DNA of 60,000 bases from Amphiscolops sp. MND2022 (lineage: Eukaryota): assembly GCA_964187785.1 (NCBI GenBank), contig OZ076409.1:88104001-88164000 (forward strand), in the 5' to 3' direction. This document shows positions 1 through 12,800 of this stretch, one piece after another. Below the pieces are notes generated by a model. It was not told where the DNA came from, searched no databases, and saw only the letters and a list, made by a program, of their open reading frames with translations. The position numbers were made by a program, and so were the translations under genes. Position 1 is the stretch's first letter, and each line of letters opens with the position of its first letter.

Positions 1-2
1 TC

Positions 3-3000
3 AATGACTCGTCTCTCGTTTCTCAGGAATTTGGGTTCGTGGTACTTTTTCCAGCGGCCACCTGACTGTCTATAAACCCCGGGCTTTACAATATCTCTCC
101 ATCTAGCAATGAGATATCTAGTTTCTGTCGAGTTATCAGCTTGTTCAAGATTATCGATGGTTCTGGCGTCCATGATAATTTTATCTTTCGGTGCGGTTTG
201 AATTGAGCTGCTGATTTGTGAACTTTTAAGGCAATTAATGGCGATTTGTTCACGCGTTTTGGAATGTTTTGGTGTGTTGTTTGCTTTGCGCGTAGTCTCT
301 TTTTGCGTTCCGTGTTTTGATTGGTTAAAATGGTTGCTAAGGCAACCGTATTTGGTTATGAATTTGTAGTGCGGGATGACGTTATTGATTACGTATTCTT
401 CGTCGTATACGTCATCGGTTTGTGGAGGTGCCGACGGGTTACGACTGAGATAATCCGTGAGTGCTAAATGTTTGCCGGCTATATGGCTGACGTTGATTGT
501 GAAGTGCGCTAAGCGGTCGAGCCACCTCGTTAGCCGCGCGCTGTACGTTTTATTGGATCGGTTGCGTTTAATTAATGGCTCTAATGCTTGGTGGTCTGTC
601 AATAGCTTTATCGGTTTACCGTATATATAAAGACGGAAGTGTTCTAATCCCCATACGACTGCCAATAATTCCAATTCATTGATTGCGTATTTCTTTTCTG
701 TATCGGAAAGGAAGCGACTGGCAAATCCGATCGGTTTTAAATCTCCGTTTGGCTGTTCTTGCCACAGCGTTGCGCCCAATCCTTTTGTGCTGGCGTCCGT
801 TGTTAATATATTCGGACGGTTTGAATTGTAGTGAGCCAGACACGGTATTTCCGTGATTTTTTGTTTTAAGTTTTCAAACGCTGTGGTATGTTCATCGGTC
901 CAATTCCAAGTGTTATCTTTTTTTAGTAGCTGTCTTAAGATGTCGGTTTGTGCTGACAGATTTTCGATGTATTTTGATAAATATTGAATTGCGCCTAGGA
1001 ACGATTTTAGTTCCTTCTCATTTTCGGGTCTTTTCAGTTCTTTTATTGCGGTTAGTTTGTCCTGTAACGGTCTAATACCGTTTTGGTCAATTTTGTGGCC
1101 GATCCATTCTATTTCGGTTTTGAAAAGTTCAGATTTGTTCTCGCTTAGTCTGTAACCCGCGTTTTCTAGTCTCGTTAACACATCGATTAGTTCCTCCATG
1201 TGTTTCTGTTTTGAACCTTTGGTTACTACTATAATGTCATCTAGCCATGCTGGATGTTTGTTTTCCAACGTTTGATCGATTTTCTCTTGGAAAATGGTCG
1301 GTATGTCCGCTAACCCGTAAAATCCTTTCAAAAAACGATAGTAACCGGTAAAATTACCTCCGGTCACCGCGAATATGCAAAGGTCCATTGCTCGTTTCGA
1401 TAATCGTAGTTGACCGTACGCATAATCTAGATCGAACTTCGAGATCCAGATTTCGTCTTCCGGTCCGTCGGCTATTTTTCTGGAGATTCTTGAAATTAGT
1501 TCCTCCATGTTTGGCATTTGTGCTTTCCTTTTTACCGTTATCTCGTTTAGTTTCCGGGAGTCCAGGGCTATTTTTACCGATTTATCTTTTTTGATCGTTA
1601 TTACCGCCGGGCTTACAAAGCATGTTTCGTCAATGTCGTTTGCTTTTTCAATGTGCCCTTGGTTTTTTAATTTTTCTATTTCTTTTTCTACCGCCGGTTG
1701 TAAATGAATCGGGATTGGTCGGCCCTTTTGTTGAATTATTTTCGCTCCTTCTTTTAATTGGATATCTACTTCTATGTTATTTACCGTGTGGTTTTCGTTA
1801 AATAGTTTGTGAAACTTACGTTTTAGTGTTGTTATGTCTCGGTCTTCTGTATTTCCCATCTGGGTTATGTGGTTGATTTCTGTTTTGGGAGTTTCTACCT
1901 CTAGTGTAATTCCCAGTTTTCCCATCCAGTCTAGTCCGAGTAACGGGTGGGTGTTTTTAGTTGTTACCAGTTTTTCCAGTTGGTGTTTTGTACCATTCAA
2001 TTCGACATTTGCGGTGGTTTTTCCTTCAAATTTTATTTTGTTGTCGTTAACGTCCCGATAATCTACAGTTATCGGTTTGAGTGTTGTCACCTTGTTGAAT
2101 TTGGATTTTGGAATAAGAGTTACTGGTGAACCTGTGTCAATTATGAATTTGATTGGTCGGTTGTTAACCAATACCGTCTTCATGTAGAACGGCGGTCCGT
2201 TCTTGTTATTTGTTGCCAGTGAATGGATTTTTGGTTGTATCATATGTATTCTGTCTGGTGTCCAGTCATCTTCGTCCGCACTGTAAGTTTCTTCTTCTTC
2301 TTCTGCTATATGGTTGATTTTTTTCGATGAGCGGCAGCATTTGGCGAAGTGTCCGGGTTTACCGCATTTGGCACATTTCTTTCCTTTCGCCGGGCATTCG
2401 TGTTGTTTGGACCAATTGGGAGCTCCGCATCTGTTGCAGTCCATTCTTCTAAATTTTGTATTTTTTTCCGTATGTTCTTTTGTGGATTTGAATTTTCTCT
2501 TTTCTACATGTCTGATTTTCTTTTCTTCGTCAGTTTCTGGAGAGTCGTTCAGTTTTTCATACATGTACTCATGTATTTCGTCTGTTATTGTCTCAACTGA
2601 CATGTCGCCTTTGCGTATTTTCTTTTTCAATTCGTAATCTCCGGTTGACTTCCCTATGAGTGATAAGAATTTGGATGCTAGTAATTCTGCAGCCGTGATA
2701 TTTTCGAATTCACAGTTCTTTTCGATTTCCAGGAGTCTTTTCCATACATCTGCTGCCGTTTCTCCGTTTTCTCTCTTCAGATCGAAGAAGTCTGATCGGC
2801 TGTGTTGTACGTTCCGTTCCGGTGTATAATGTAACCGGAATAGTGTGTATAGTTTATATAATGGGAGGGAGCTCGGTTCTCTTTCTCTTACCGTCTTGGT
2901 CATTTCGGTAAGGGCATTTTGTCCAATTGCCCAGAGGAAGATATCTTTTATCTCGTTTTCCAATTGTTCCCGATATTGTGGTAAGATCTCTTTGGAATTT

Positions 3001-3242
3001 ACCATCGTTGAAATGTCGATTTCTTTCGTCATTTTCACGTATTGGACGAATTTTCGCCACCACAGATTTGCACTGGTGCTATCGTATTTTTCCAGACTTG
3101 GTATCGATAGCTTTTGGGTACAAGTCCGCTCGCCCGTTCTCATTGAGGTTTCATTGGGCGGTTGCCGGATACTTGAAGATTGGTCCATTGACCGGTGGGG
3201 TCGTTCACCATTCGTGGGTGATGTGTTGTGTGATTCGTCCAT
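3..3242 (-). CDS. Gag-Pol polyprotein (gag with CCHC knuckle, aspartic protease, RT, RNase H), open to the window edge
   Basis: Manual translation of the gag start (ATG at 3242), the RT motif region and the window-edge end, all in one frame: MDESHNTSP...SANLWWRKFVQYVKMTKEIDIS...CAKCGKPGHFAKCC...HPAWLDDII...WRDIVKPGVYRQSGGRWKKYHEPKFLRNERRVI. Colinear with the 26211 ORF. It is absent from the ORF track, consistent with no stop before the window edge. Confidence 0.9.
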   Translation of the reverse strand, partial: MDESHNTSPTNGERPHRSMDQSSSIRQPPNETSMRTGERTCTQKLSIPSLEKYDSTSANLWWRKFVQYVKMTKEIDISTMVNSKEILPQYREQLENEIKDIFLWAIGQNALTEMTKTVREREPSSLPLYKLYTLFRLHYTPERNVQHSRSDFFDLKRENGETAADVWKRLLEIEKNCEFENITAAELLASKFLSLIGKSTGDYELKKKIRKGDMSVETITDEIHEYMYEKLNDSPETDEEKKIRHVEKRKFKSTKEHTEKNTKFRRMDCNRCGAPNWSKQHECPAKGKKCAKCGKPGHFAKCCRSSKKINHIAEEEEETYSADEDDWTPDRIHMIQPKIHSLATNNKNGPPFYMKTVLVNNRPIKFIIDTGSPVTLIPKSKFNKVTTLKPITVDYRDVNDNKIKFEGKTTANVELNGTKHQLEKLVTTKNTHPLLGLDWMGKLGITLEVETPKTEINHITQMGNTEDRDITTLKRKFHKLFNENHTVNNIEVDIQLKEGAKIIQQKGRPIPIHLQPAVEKEIEKLKNQGHIEKANDIDETCFVSPAVITIKKDKSVKIALDSRKLNEITVKRKAQMPNMEELISRISRKIADGPEDEIWISKFDLDYAYGQLRLSKRAMDLCIFAVTGGNFTGYYRFLKGFYGLADIPTIFQEKIDQTLENKHPAWLDDIIVVTKGSKQKHMEELIDVLTRLENAGYRLSENKSELFKTEIEWIGHKIDQNGIRPLQDKLTAIKELKRPENEKELKSFLGAIQYLSKYIENLSAQTDILRQLLKKDNTWNWTDEHTTAFENLKQKITEIPCLAHYNSNRPNILTTDASTKGLGATLWQEQPNGDLKPIGFASRFLSDTEKKYAINELELLAVVWGLEHFRLYIYGKPIKLLTDHQALEPLIKRNRSNKTYSARLTRWLDRLAHFTINVSHIAGKHLALTDYLSRNPSAPPQTDDVYDEEYVINNVIPHYKFITKYGCLSNHFNQSKHGTQKETTRKANNTPKHSKTREQIAINCLKSSQISSSIQTAPKDKIIMDARTIDNLEQADNSTETRYLIARWRDIVKPGVYRQSGGRWKKYHEPKFLRNERRVI

Positions 3243-3297
3243 TTCCGTATCGTGTGTAGTAGTTCTTGGCTAAGCGTAAGTTAGCCTGACTGCGCCA

Positions 3298-3507
3298 TGT
3301 TGTAATCTCTTTGCTTGACAAAAGTTAACAACATAAAACTGTATTCGAACATCAATCTTTTCGTACTGAATAAAGATCAGCTTTTTAGGTATAGACAATA
3401 GTAGCAGGTACTAAGGACATCTAGACAATTAAGTATAATGGTATTGAACAATAGTAATGTCTGTCTATGATTTGTCCTCTAACTCTAGTTCTTTAGCTGC
3501 TGCTTCA
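3298..3507 (-). repeat. Putative 5' LTR (~210 bp) of the first Gypsy element
   Basis: Lies directly against the PBS with TG...CA ends. The outer boundary is inferred because the partner LTR is outside the window. Confidence 0.55.
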
Positions 3508-3854
3508 GAATATCTTTTTTCTCGTGAGAATCAAGCAAATGTCGAAATTTAAAAGTGATCTTTTCACACTTGAAAAACGCATACACGAAAAAAGAGGAAA
3601 CAAAAATTCAAAACCGATAGTAAGAATCCCAAGACTTTGACGCTAAAATTGGGAGTTAAATGATTCAAACGTTTGATTTTAGCTGGAAATGTTACGTAAC
3701 TACACTGGCGACAAAAACAAACTGGACGAGGCCGAAAAATTTTTAAAACTGTTGGTGAGTCTGCCGCAGTGAGTGAATTTCGTCTAATCAGTTCTGATTA
3801 GTTGTTAGTAAAGTTGCAGTTGTAGATTATGAATTATAAAAACATTTATTTTAG

Positions 3855-6800
3855 CTTCGAATTGAGATTAGAGTCTATGCTGCTGAAGGAACTTTTTTCG
3901 GAGAAAGTGAACGCAATCGACCCCGCAATTGATGCCATGAAGAAAGCCGCTGAAGGTGAGTCAGTGTATTTACCAACATCGTACAATTCTGATTACATCC
4001 AATGGCACTACAGTACTTCAAACAGATTGTTTCATGTATTACTAAAGTTCCTTGCTTTAGAAAGCTCGAGAATGATATGCAACCAAAGAAGAAGCGCAGT
4101 GGCACTTCATTATTTTTCGTATCCTGCTGCAAGAAAAAACACAAGACACCTAATTTGAGTTATTCCAATTTAATACAAAAATTTAAAAAATTGGAAGAAT
4201 ACCTTTTTTATTATTTTCCCGAATAAACTGGCTGAAAATGCTATCTATTCGTACACTTTAAGAGTTAAACTCTTGAAGTTAAAAGAGAGCTGAGGCCCTG
4301 TTTTTCGAATGCTCGAAATCATTGACATCACAAATTGCCGAAAATTGAGACATTTGGGCAAATAAGTAGAACTAATACCCAAACTCGTATTTCCCCCAAG
4401 CTAAAAGTAATTTCTCCCAAGTAAAAAAAAACCTCAGCCGAACGCGAAAAAGTATAAAATAAAGAATCTCACAAAAGTCGACGGCCCATTGAACTGGAAC
4501 TAACAATTTTCTAGTGCATCCATGAAAATTGTTTAAAAATTTGACCGGAAATTTTTAAGTCTTTTTTCAGTGGTTTCCGCATAATTCTGTTTGTTTCTGA
4601 CATCTCATTGGCTCATGGAAGCACGTTTGTGGTTTTTACAAGCCATAGGCCAGGACCTGATGTTGTAATTATAAGATTAGTGTCTTGCTCATGCTTGGAT
4701 TTACCCTTCGAAAATGTCCGCTTTAATGCAGCTACTGAAACTCACCAATGTATTGCGTCTGAATTTCTTGGATTAGAATTTTTCATGTCGAAAAATTTTG
4801 TTGAATTTTTCATCGAAAAATACCAAATTTTTCAATACAATCGAAAAACTTCAACGAAAAAGTTCCCAAAAATTTTTAAATAGTCATTTTCGCTAGTTTT
4901 CGAGGATTTGTGAATTGCTTCGGCGCTGAATGTGGTTGAAAAAGAAATTGAATTTCAACCAATCAAAACAGTCTTATTTTGATATTCCGTTCTAAAGTAG
5001 TTCCCCTAAAAAGCCGTGTATAACTTTATTATGGAAATGTTTCCGTTTTTCCAAAACCGAAAAGTGATAAATATTGCCTATTCCAACGGTTTTCATGCGA
5101 AAAAAGTTTTTCTATCGGAAAAAATTCCAGTTATACGTATTTGTTGGCCACACTGGCACACGTAAAAATTTGTTTACATCGAATATTAGCGTCACTACAC
5201 TCATAGAATTTGCGGGTTTGCCCGCAAAAACATGGAAAATTTTGCGGGAAATTTTTCTTGAACTTCCTTGATGTTGCTCTGAAAACCCGCCAAATTGTAT
5301 AGAAATCCTAATAAATACCTGAAGAAATGGCATTGCATCAGGGAAATTATTTAGCATTAATGATTTTCCATGAAACTCCCAAAATCATGCTAAAAGTGTT
5401 TGGCAGCCTATAAAATCATGCAAAAGTTTCAAGCAGTTTCAACCAGGGTACCGCAAAAAGTAGTCAAATTGTTTATTTAATTGATTTTGCTGAGTGTTTC
5501 AACTTTTCTTCTGACATGAATGCCCGTACTGACACTCCAGTGGACTTAAGTCCTTGCCAGGACAATTCAAGGATTCCAAGTCCTTGACAGGATAACTCAA
5601 GGATTCCAAGGACTGCCAAGGATTTCCCAAGTTTTCGAAAATTTCGCAAGTTCTTACCAGTCCTGGTGCAGTCCTTAGCAGTCCTTGAGAAATTTCGATG
5701 AAAAATTCGAAGTTGCATAAAGGGCGCGGCCATTTTGAATTTGAGTAGGAAAAACTTCATTATCAAGTGTACTTCGTATCAATTATGCCCCATGAGGGCT
5801 GGGTTATTGTCAGAATAAATGTTCCGGTACTATTCCCATAGTCGAGACTATGTCTGGGCTCAATAGTGCCGGATATAATGATAGAAATTGGGCTTTTCCC
5901 AAAAATGCATTGATTTTAGATTAATTTCCGGGGAGGGGTGAATAAGATCTAAAGAATAAGATCTAAAGGAATACGATCTAAAATTTTGGCATGCTCAACT
6001 TTGAAAAGGGGAATAAGCGGAGAGGGGAATAAGATCTAATAAGATCTAAATAACAAGATCTAAAATTATGACATGCTCAACTTCCAAAAGGGGAATAAGA
6101 TCTAAAATTTTAGATCTTATTCCCTTCAGACGTTATTCTTTAGAAAAGGGATTAAGATCTAAAATGCATTGATTTTAGATCTTATTCCCTTCAGATCTTA
6201 CTCCCGTCCTGAAATTTTAGATCTTATTCCCTTTAGATCTTATTCCTGACTGCCCACTATTTAATTTCGGGCTACACATTTAAAAATCATCCATCCTAAA
6301 ACGTGGCCCCGATGCGCACGACCCCTTTTAGAAGAGAAAGAGGAGGTAAAATGACAGAAAATTTAGATCTTATTCCCTTTTTTGATTTTAGATCTTATTC
6401 TTTAGATCTTATTCCCCCCTCTAGGGAATAAGATCTAAAATTTTAGATCTTATTTCCCTCTGATCCTCACTCTTAAGGAGGAGGAACCTTAAATTAAGGT
6501 ATGTAATATATTCTGGGGTTTTGCAAAAGTTGTTGTAATCTCCAATCATTGAAAAATGCAAATAATTGATATCACTTTTTTCAATCAACAAGAGGTGCTG
6601 ATTTTTAATGCAGGTGCTTGATGGTAGCCGTATCTGTGTTGACTGTTTTTTATTTGGCCAGCCAAGACTATAAAAACAGATATTTTCGAGGTCCTGATCT
6701 GCTTTTTTGATGGATGTCCGAGAGACTTCCAACATGGTTTTTGACCTCATTCATTTAATGTTTTTTTGTGAATGGTGCTTTTTTATGCAGGTGCTTGTTG

Positions 6801-9800
6801 ATAGCCCCGCCAGTGTTGACTGTTTCTCATTTGGCCAGCCAAGACTATAAAAACAGTCATTTCGATGTCCTGATCTGCTTTCTTGATGGACCTCGAGAGA
6901 CATCCAACATGGTTTTTGACCTCATTCATTTGATGTATTATTGTGAATGGTGCTTTTTTAATGCAGGTGCTTGTTGGTAGCCGTGTCTGTGTCGACTGAT
7001 TTTCAGTTTGCGAGCCAAGACTATAGAATCAGATATTTTCGAGGTCCTGATCTGCTTTTTTTTATGGATGTCCGAGAGACTTATTCGACGAGAGACTATT
7101 TTTCACGATTTTCGTAGGGTAACATACTGAAAAAACCTTCTTCCCGCACCCAATTACAGTTATTCCAACTATATTTAGCACCTATTTGGCCCTTATAAGC
7201 CCTGAATTGGTTTTGGATTTTTTCTGTATTCCAGTCCTGGGCAGCGTATCTCCAGGATTCCCCAGGACTGGTAAGGACTGGTCCAGGACTTGTAAGGCTA
7301 AAAGTGGCACTTGTAAGGACTGGTCCAGAACTTGACAAGTCCTTACCAGTCCTTGGGAATACTTGGCAGTCCTGGAATTCAAATTTTTGTCAGTACGGGT
7401 GCTTTCCTAGTTGTCTTTTCACTCGTTTTCTCTTAAGCACGCTTCTGTACAACATATAAACAGTTAATAAATTTTCCTTATGGAGTCAATTGAGTTAGTA
7501 GTTAATTAGTTGCCTGTCACTCAATCGAGCTGGGATATTATAATAGGTTGTTTCTAAATAATAAAAAAATTGAGAAACCTTTAGGTGGGAATATGTTTTT
7601 TTTCGGACTAGAGGCAGCATTTTTGAAACAAATTAAGTTTGTTACGGAGCAAGATTTCTAGGGAAAACTTGTTTTCGAGAAGTACTGAAAAACAGTGAGA
7701 TTTTCAAAATGAAAAAGTTTTTCATAAAGTTTTCATTTTTTTCTTCAACTTTTTTCAACTTTTTTTCTTCAATAATGTACATACATATATACACCCGGCT
7801 CAGTTTACAGAAGCGAGCTTCTTCAAGGATCCCCTACGTTATAAAATTTTCATTGTGAAAACTTCATCTTCCCTATGTTAATTTCGACTCGGACAAAAAT
7901 TCATGCAACTTGAAAGTTTTCTGTCGAGGTTCGCCCATTTCGAGATGGAAATTAGTATTGAAATCTCAATGCAGCAAAAACTAAGAATGACAGATGGTAA
8001 TTAAATTTGCATTTTAGAGATCAGAGACAATTCAATGTTGTGCGATGTTCTCAGTGTCATGTTAACAATGGGCAACTTTGTTAATGAGGTAACTATTGCA
8101 TCATCAAGAATCCCTCAGAAATTTCCCTAATACGGTCCAACTCGGAATAACAATGTCGATCCAAAATAAGCTAGTAATAATAGCATAATCATGTCCTAAG
8201 GGGTTGCAAAAGGTCACGTGAAAATGTAATCACGTTCTGTCATTTCCATAATTCGTACTGTCAAAAGCTGTAATTTAATTAACCAAAGGGAAAAGAAGAA
8301 TTTCAAAAAATCTCTCAGGGCAGAAATTTGGCTCTTTTGGACGTACTTTCAGAAGTTCATCAGTTAAGTGAAGTTTTCATGATCAATTTTTGATTGATTT
8401 TCGGGGTTGAAAACAAGTAATTAGGTCAAAAAGATATCGAAGTTTTGAGATTGTTAATGTCGTGACCTCTTTCAGGGCGGCTACGCAGGGAACGCACTGG
8501 GTGTCAGACTGAACAGTATAAATCACGTGCTTGAGAGTAAGACAAACCAAAGCAACAAACTGTTGAGACATGTTCTTGTGGAGGTATGGTGCTTTCATGT
8601 TCCGCCCTATTCTATATGGGAAAAGAAAATTAATCCCTGAGCCACATTTTTCTATTTTGCCTTGAACCAATTTTTGTCTCAAAAAACACCCAAATAGTCT
8701 CCCAAATATCCGCAATAACATAAGAGCAAATACCCAGATTTTTGACCATTGCAAATCTACAGGATTTTTTCTGCAGGGTTCTGCAAAGATCGTTGCACTG
8801 AATCTTGAAGAACCATACAGATCTGCAAGATTTTTACAGAAGTGTGCAGATTTTTTTAGAGATTTTTGCAGAAGTATGTTTCTCTGCAGCTTCTAAGGAA
8901 CCAATATACTGCATTTTTGGACTTCTTCAACTACTTTCATCAAGTATCTTAGCTGACCAATGCTCAGTCAGTTGAAACTCTCCATCACTCAAAATTCTCG
9001 GGAAGGAAAATTTGTCCACATCACGGTAATTTTGGTGACAGGTAATTATGGTTATGCACCGTAATTTATCCATTTCACTTGAACTTTCCAGAAGTGGTTG
9101 TTTAACTTTAAGAGGCTCGTTTGCCATATTGATTTCGGTTTGACGGATGAAATTTGAGATGTGGCAACCTTCTGGGTTGGCAGATGTGTTGATAGAGTGT
9201 TATTGTTGCAGTTGTTCGGGAACATGGTTTGATCTGTAAAGCAATCTACAGATTTGTACAGATTGCTGCAGAAAAATATTTCATCATTTTGATATAAATA
9301 AGACTTCTCTTCAGTTTGAAACCTTTTTATTATTCGTTTGACATCGCTGTGGGGTTTTTATTGAGTTTCTGAGTAGGTCATTTTTTCGAGCACATATCTG
9401 CACAATTCTGTAAAAATCCTGCAGATCTGTACAGATTTGCAAAGATTGAAAACTTGGGTAACAAAATCGAAATTAGTTTCAATTAACAAAAAATGAAATG
9501 AGTTTCACTTAACATAATAATAAAATTCATTACGAGAAAAATTTGGTGATCAAAAGCATTCACAATTCAAAAGATTCATTGAAAAAGTATGAAAATAACA
9601 GATAAAATTTCGTGAGTTCGATTTCGTGTTTAACCGGGTTTTCGCTTTTAAATTTGTTATATGAAACTAATTTTATTCTTATGTTTAATTGGACTGATTT
9701 CGTTTTAATGTTATTCGCTCTTATGTTATCTGGTACGTAATCTTTTTCACATTTTAGACCGTTTTATGGGACCATGTGTAAACTTTCGACATATTTACAA

Positions 9801-12800
9801 TTCTTAATTCTGGCTTTGAGTTTTTTGATAGAAATTTCATCTGATGTTTTTGTTCCGGAAGTTTGTTCCCCTAAAACTTGTGTAGAATTTATAGCTGTTT
9901 TATTGTCATTCTGCCCTTTATGCCTAAATCGCTCAGAAATGCCCTTTATTTAAATTTTCCCCTTTCTGCCCTTTATGCTCTTATGCCCTTTATGGTTGTC
10001 CTAGTGATGAATGAACCAAATGGAATTCTTTTTATCGAAAAACCTCAGCCACTGCAATCTGTACTTCAGGGAGAAAAAAAACGTGCAACTTGTTCATATT
10101 TTCAGTCAAAAGTATGCTGAAAAGTAAAGCACAGAAAGCTGGAGCTGAATAAATACACAAGGTCATCATTCTTTGACTGCCTAAAATTGTGTGCCGGGTT
10201 GGGCGACAATTCGTCCCAAGCGACGATTCGTCCCAAGCGACAATTCTTCCCAAATTCCAAAAAGCGACAATTCGTCCCAAGCGTTAAGCATTAAGTTACA
10301 TTAAATTTAAAACCTATTCATTGGTGTTAATTGTTGATACCTGCCTCTAATTGCAATATTTCCGGATATATTATTGCAAAAGTATTGATTGGCAATTACA
10401 TTGGGGACGAATTACAGCTTCTAATAATTGGGATGAACTGTCGCTTTTTCAAAATGGGACGAATTGACGCTTGGGACGAATTGTCGCTTTACGTGTGTGC
10501 CGATCACGCTTCTTATATGACGAAATTCTTTGTGAGTAAACTTTTAATCACTGATTAAACCATCTTTTGCGACATGAATTGATCATAAAACTACAGAAAC
10601 CTACATAGGAGATTTCCCTAAAACTTTCATCACTTATAATGATTCGAAAAACCATCAAAATAAAAATTTTGGAAAAGTGATGTTTTCGTTTTAGGAACTG
10701 ATGAAACGAAATGATCAGATTCGCTTTATGAGATCAACAATGCCGTCAGTTCACAGAGCTTCCAGGTAAATAAATAGTTGCTCTGTAGGTGCCTAATCTG
10801 CAGCTACCATAGTTGAAAAACTTCACATCTTTTGCAAAATTCTTACAAATAATCTGGTAAGACATTGTAAAAAATGCATTATCTGACACTAACTCTTACA
10901 AGATTCTTGTGAGATTTGCGCAGTTCAGCTGAAAATGATACAAAAATCCATAAAATCATGAGAAAATGTTTTTTTAAAAAGTCGGTGCTAACATATTAAT
11001 CAGAAAAAAATCATGGGAGCGATAAATGCTACCATTTCCATACTTTCAACCGTAGCTTTTCTCAACAAAAGGACTTTATCTGTCATAACCGTTTTTCTCT
11101 CAAACCATTTTTTCTCTAAAACAGCTGCGAAAAAAGAAACTATTTGATTGCAAAACAAAATAAAGAAAATAAATTACATGAAACATGTTTTCATGACATA
11201 ACATGTTATCAGCTTCATGTTCAAAAAATCAAAATTATAGTCACCTCCTGATGTACAAACCCAACTGCTGAACGCGGTCGGATAACAGAACCGTTGCTCG
11301 TGACAAAAGGAGAGAGAGGGTCCTTGAGATATTTTCGGCACTGTGAGATTTTACAGAAGTGTCTTCAACAACCGCTCCTGAGCATATATAAAAGACTGAG
11401 AACTTTCATGAACCTTCAAACAAAGCTTCGAACATTGAAGTCAGAAAAAAAGCAATCATTAAAACGAATGAATTTGTTTCAGAGAGAGCCTGGAAACTTT
11501 ATCTGATGAAATTACACAAACAACCAACAACATCAACTCGGTGCTATCCCAAATGCCAGCTACCACATCATTTGTTCGTGAACAATTCACAAGCGATTTA
11601 GAGGTAACGTTTTCACAGGAACTGAATAAGCATCTTTAGCAATGCAATTGGATTAAATTTTGTTTCTCATTCTTATCTCTAAAAATGTAAACTTCATCAT
11701 CTTGCTTTCTATCTCCTGACCAAATGCAAAAAAAACAAGAACTTGGCTCCCTTTGTTATGTAATTCGAGCAAAACATGGGAAAAAATCAAACAAAAAAAA
11801 TAAAGAATCAGCAAAACAGTAAAAATTTGCGTTGAAAAATTGACAGAGAAGAACCAGTTACTTAGTTCAAACGAATCCTTTGAAAAAAATCTTTTAGGTA
11901 ATGAAATCGGGATGCAGCTTATGGGCAGCAGAAATTGAAACGCTGAAGCAAACAGAGAAAGATTTGCTGGAATATTTCTGTGAATCAACGAGCACCCCAG
12001 AAAACAGAGTACAGAAGCTGGAAATTGTTTACACTGACATTGACACCCTTCTGGAAAAAATAGAAACGTCAATCAAGGTAAACTTGGTAACTTTCAATTG
12101 AATCTGTTTTAGTAGAACTAAATGAACAACTAGAAACTCAGAATTAGAAACAGATTCATTTTTAGTCGGCGCTTTTCTTGGAAAGAGCCGACTATAGTCA
12201 TGGCTTTTAGTCAGTGTTTTTTTTTCGATATACCTGAAGTGACCAAAATAGTTCTACCAAAAGTTCTACAAAATATTAAATTGCACCTGCTGGCCCAGGG
12301 AACTGAACCAAAAAGGTTTTTCCGCGTAACATACATTACCGGGCGAGACTAAAAGGTACCCCCTTTCAGTTCCTATCGGCATTGTGAGACTTTTTTTTCA
12401 AAAATATTTTTTCATATTCCCCAATTCACCAATACTTCGACAATTTGAAGTCCTTTTGCTATTTTTGAGCCTTAGATATGGCGCCGACTTGGGCTGGTCC
12501 CGGCTTGTTATCAATCAAAGAGGCTCTCAATTAATTGAATGGTAATTCAGGAACTGGACGAATTGAATGCTCAAGAGGAGCAGCGAAAATTGCGCAAATC
12601 GAGAAGTTTCGCCACATCATTTCAACTTCTGAACGAGAGCCACAGCAGTTCGTGTTCTGATGCCAGCGCTTCCAACCAGAGTTTCGAGAGGACTTTGATG
12701 CGAACTAAACATGGACTGAGACCTAGCAGACGGAGGTTTGCGGGCAACATGAAACATTCTGCCACTTTTGCCCATAGTCCCCTCAGCTACTTTCAGGATC

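Larger units (their letters stand above)
1..3507 (-). mobile_element. Ty3/Gypsy LTR retrotransposon, 5' half (runs off the window start); lies antisense in an intron of the formin gene
   Basis: Minus-strand gag-pol ORF. PBS TGGCGCAGTC at 3297-3288, identical to the PBS of the full-length element at 26182, follows an LTR end ...ACA at 3298. Putative LTR outer end TGAAGC at 3507 is inferred by analogy to the TGAAGT start of the second element. Confidence 0.9.
5523..7399. mobile_element. Non-autonomous DNA transposon, EnSpm/CACTA(CMC)-like, with nested repeats
   Basis: Perfect 12-bp TIR CCCGTACTGACA (5523) / TGTCAGTACGGG (7399), 2-bp TSD TG, and many subterminal AGTCCT/AGGACT motifs at both ends. 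Confidence 0.75.

Noticed and set aside
1388..3273. Plus-strand hydrophobic ORFs (and the minus-strand ORFs across 26570-31860)
   Set aside because: Shadows of A-rich gag-pol coding strands.
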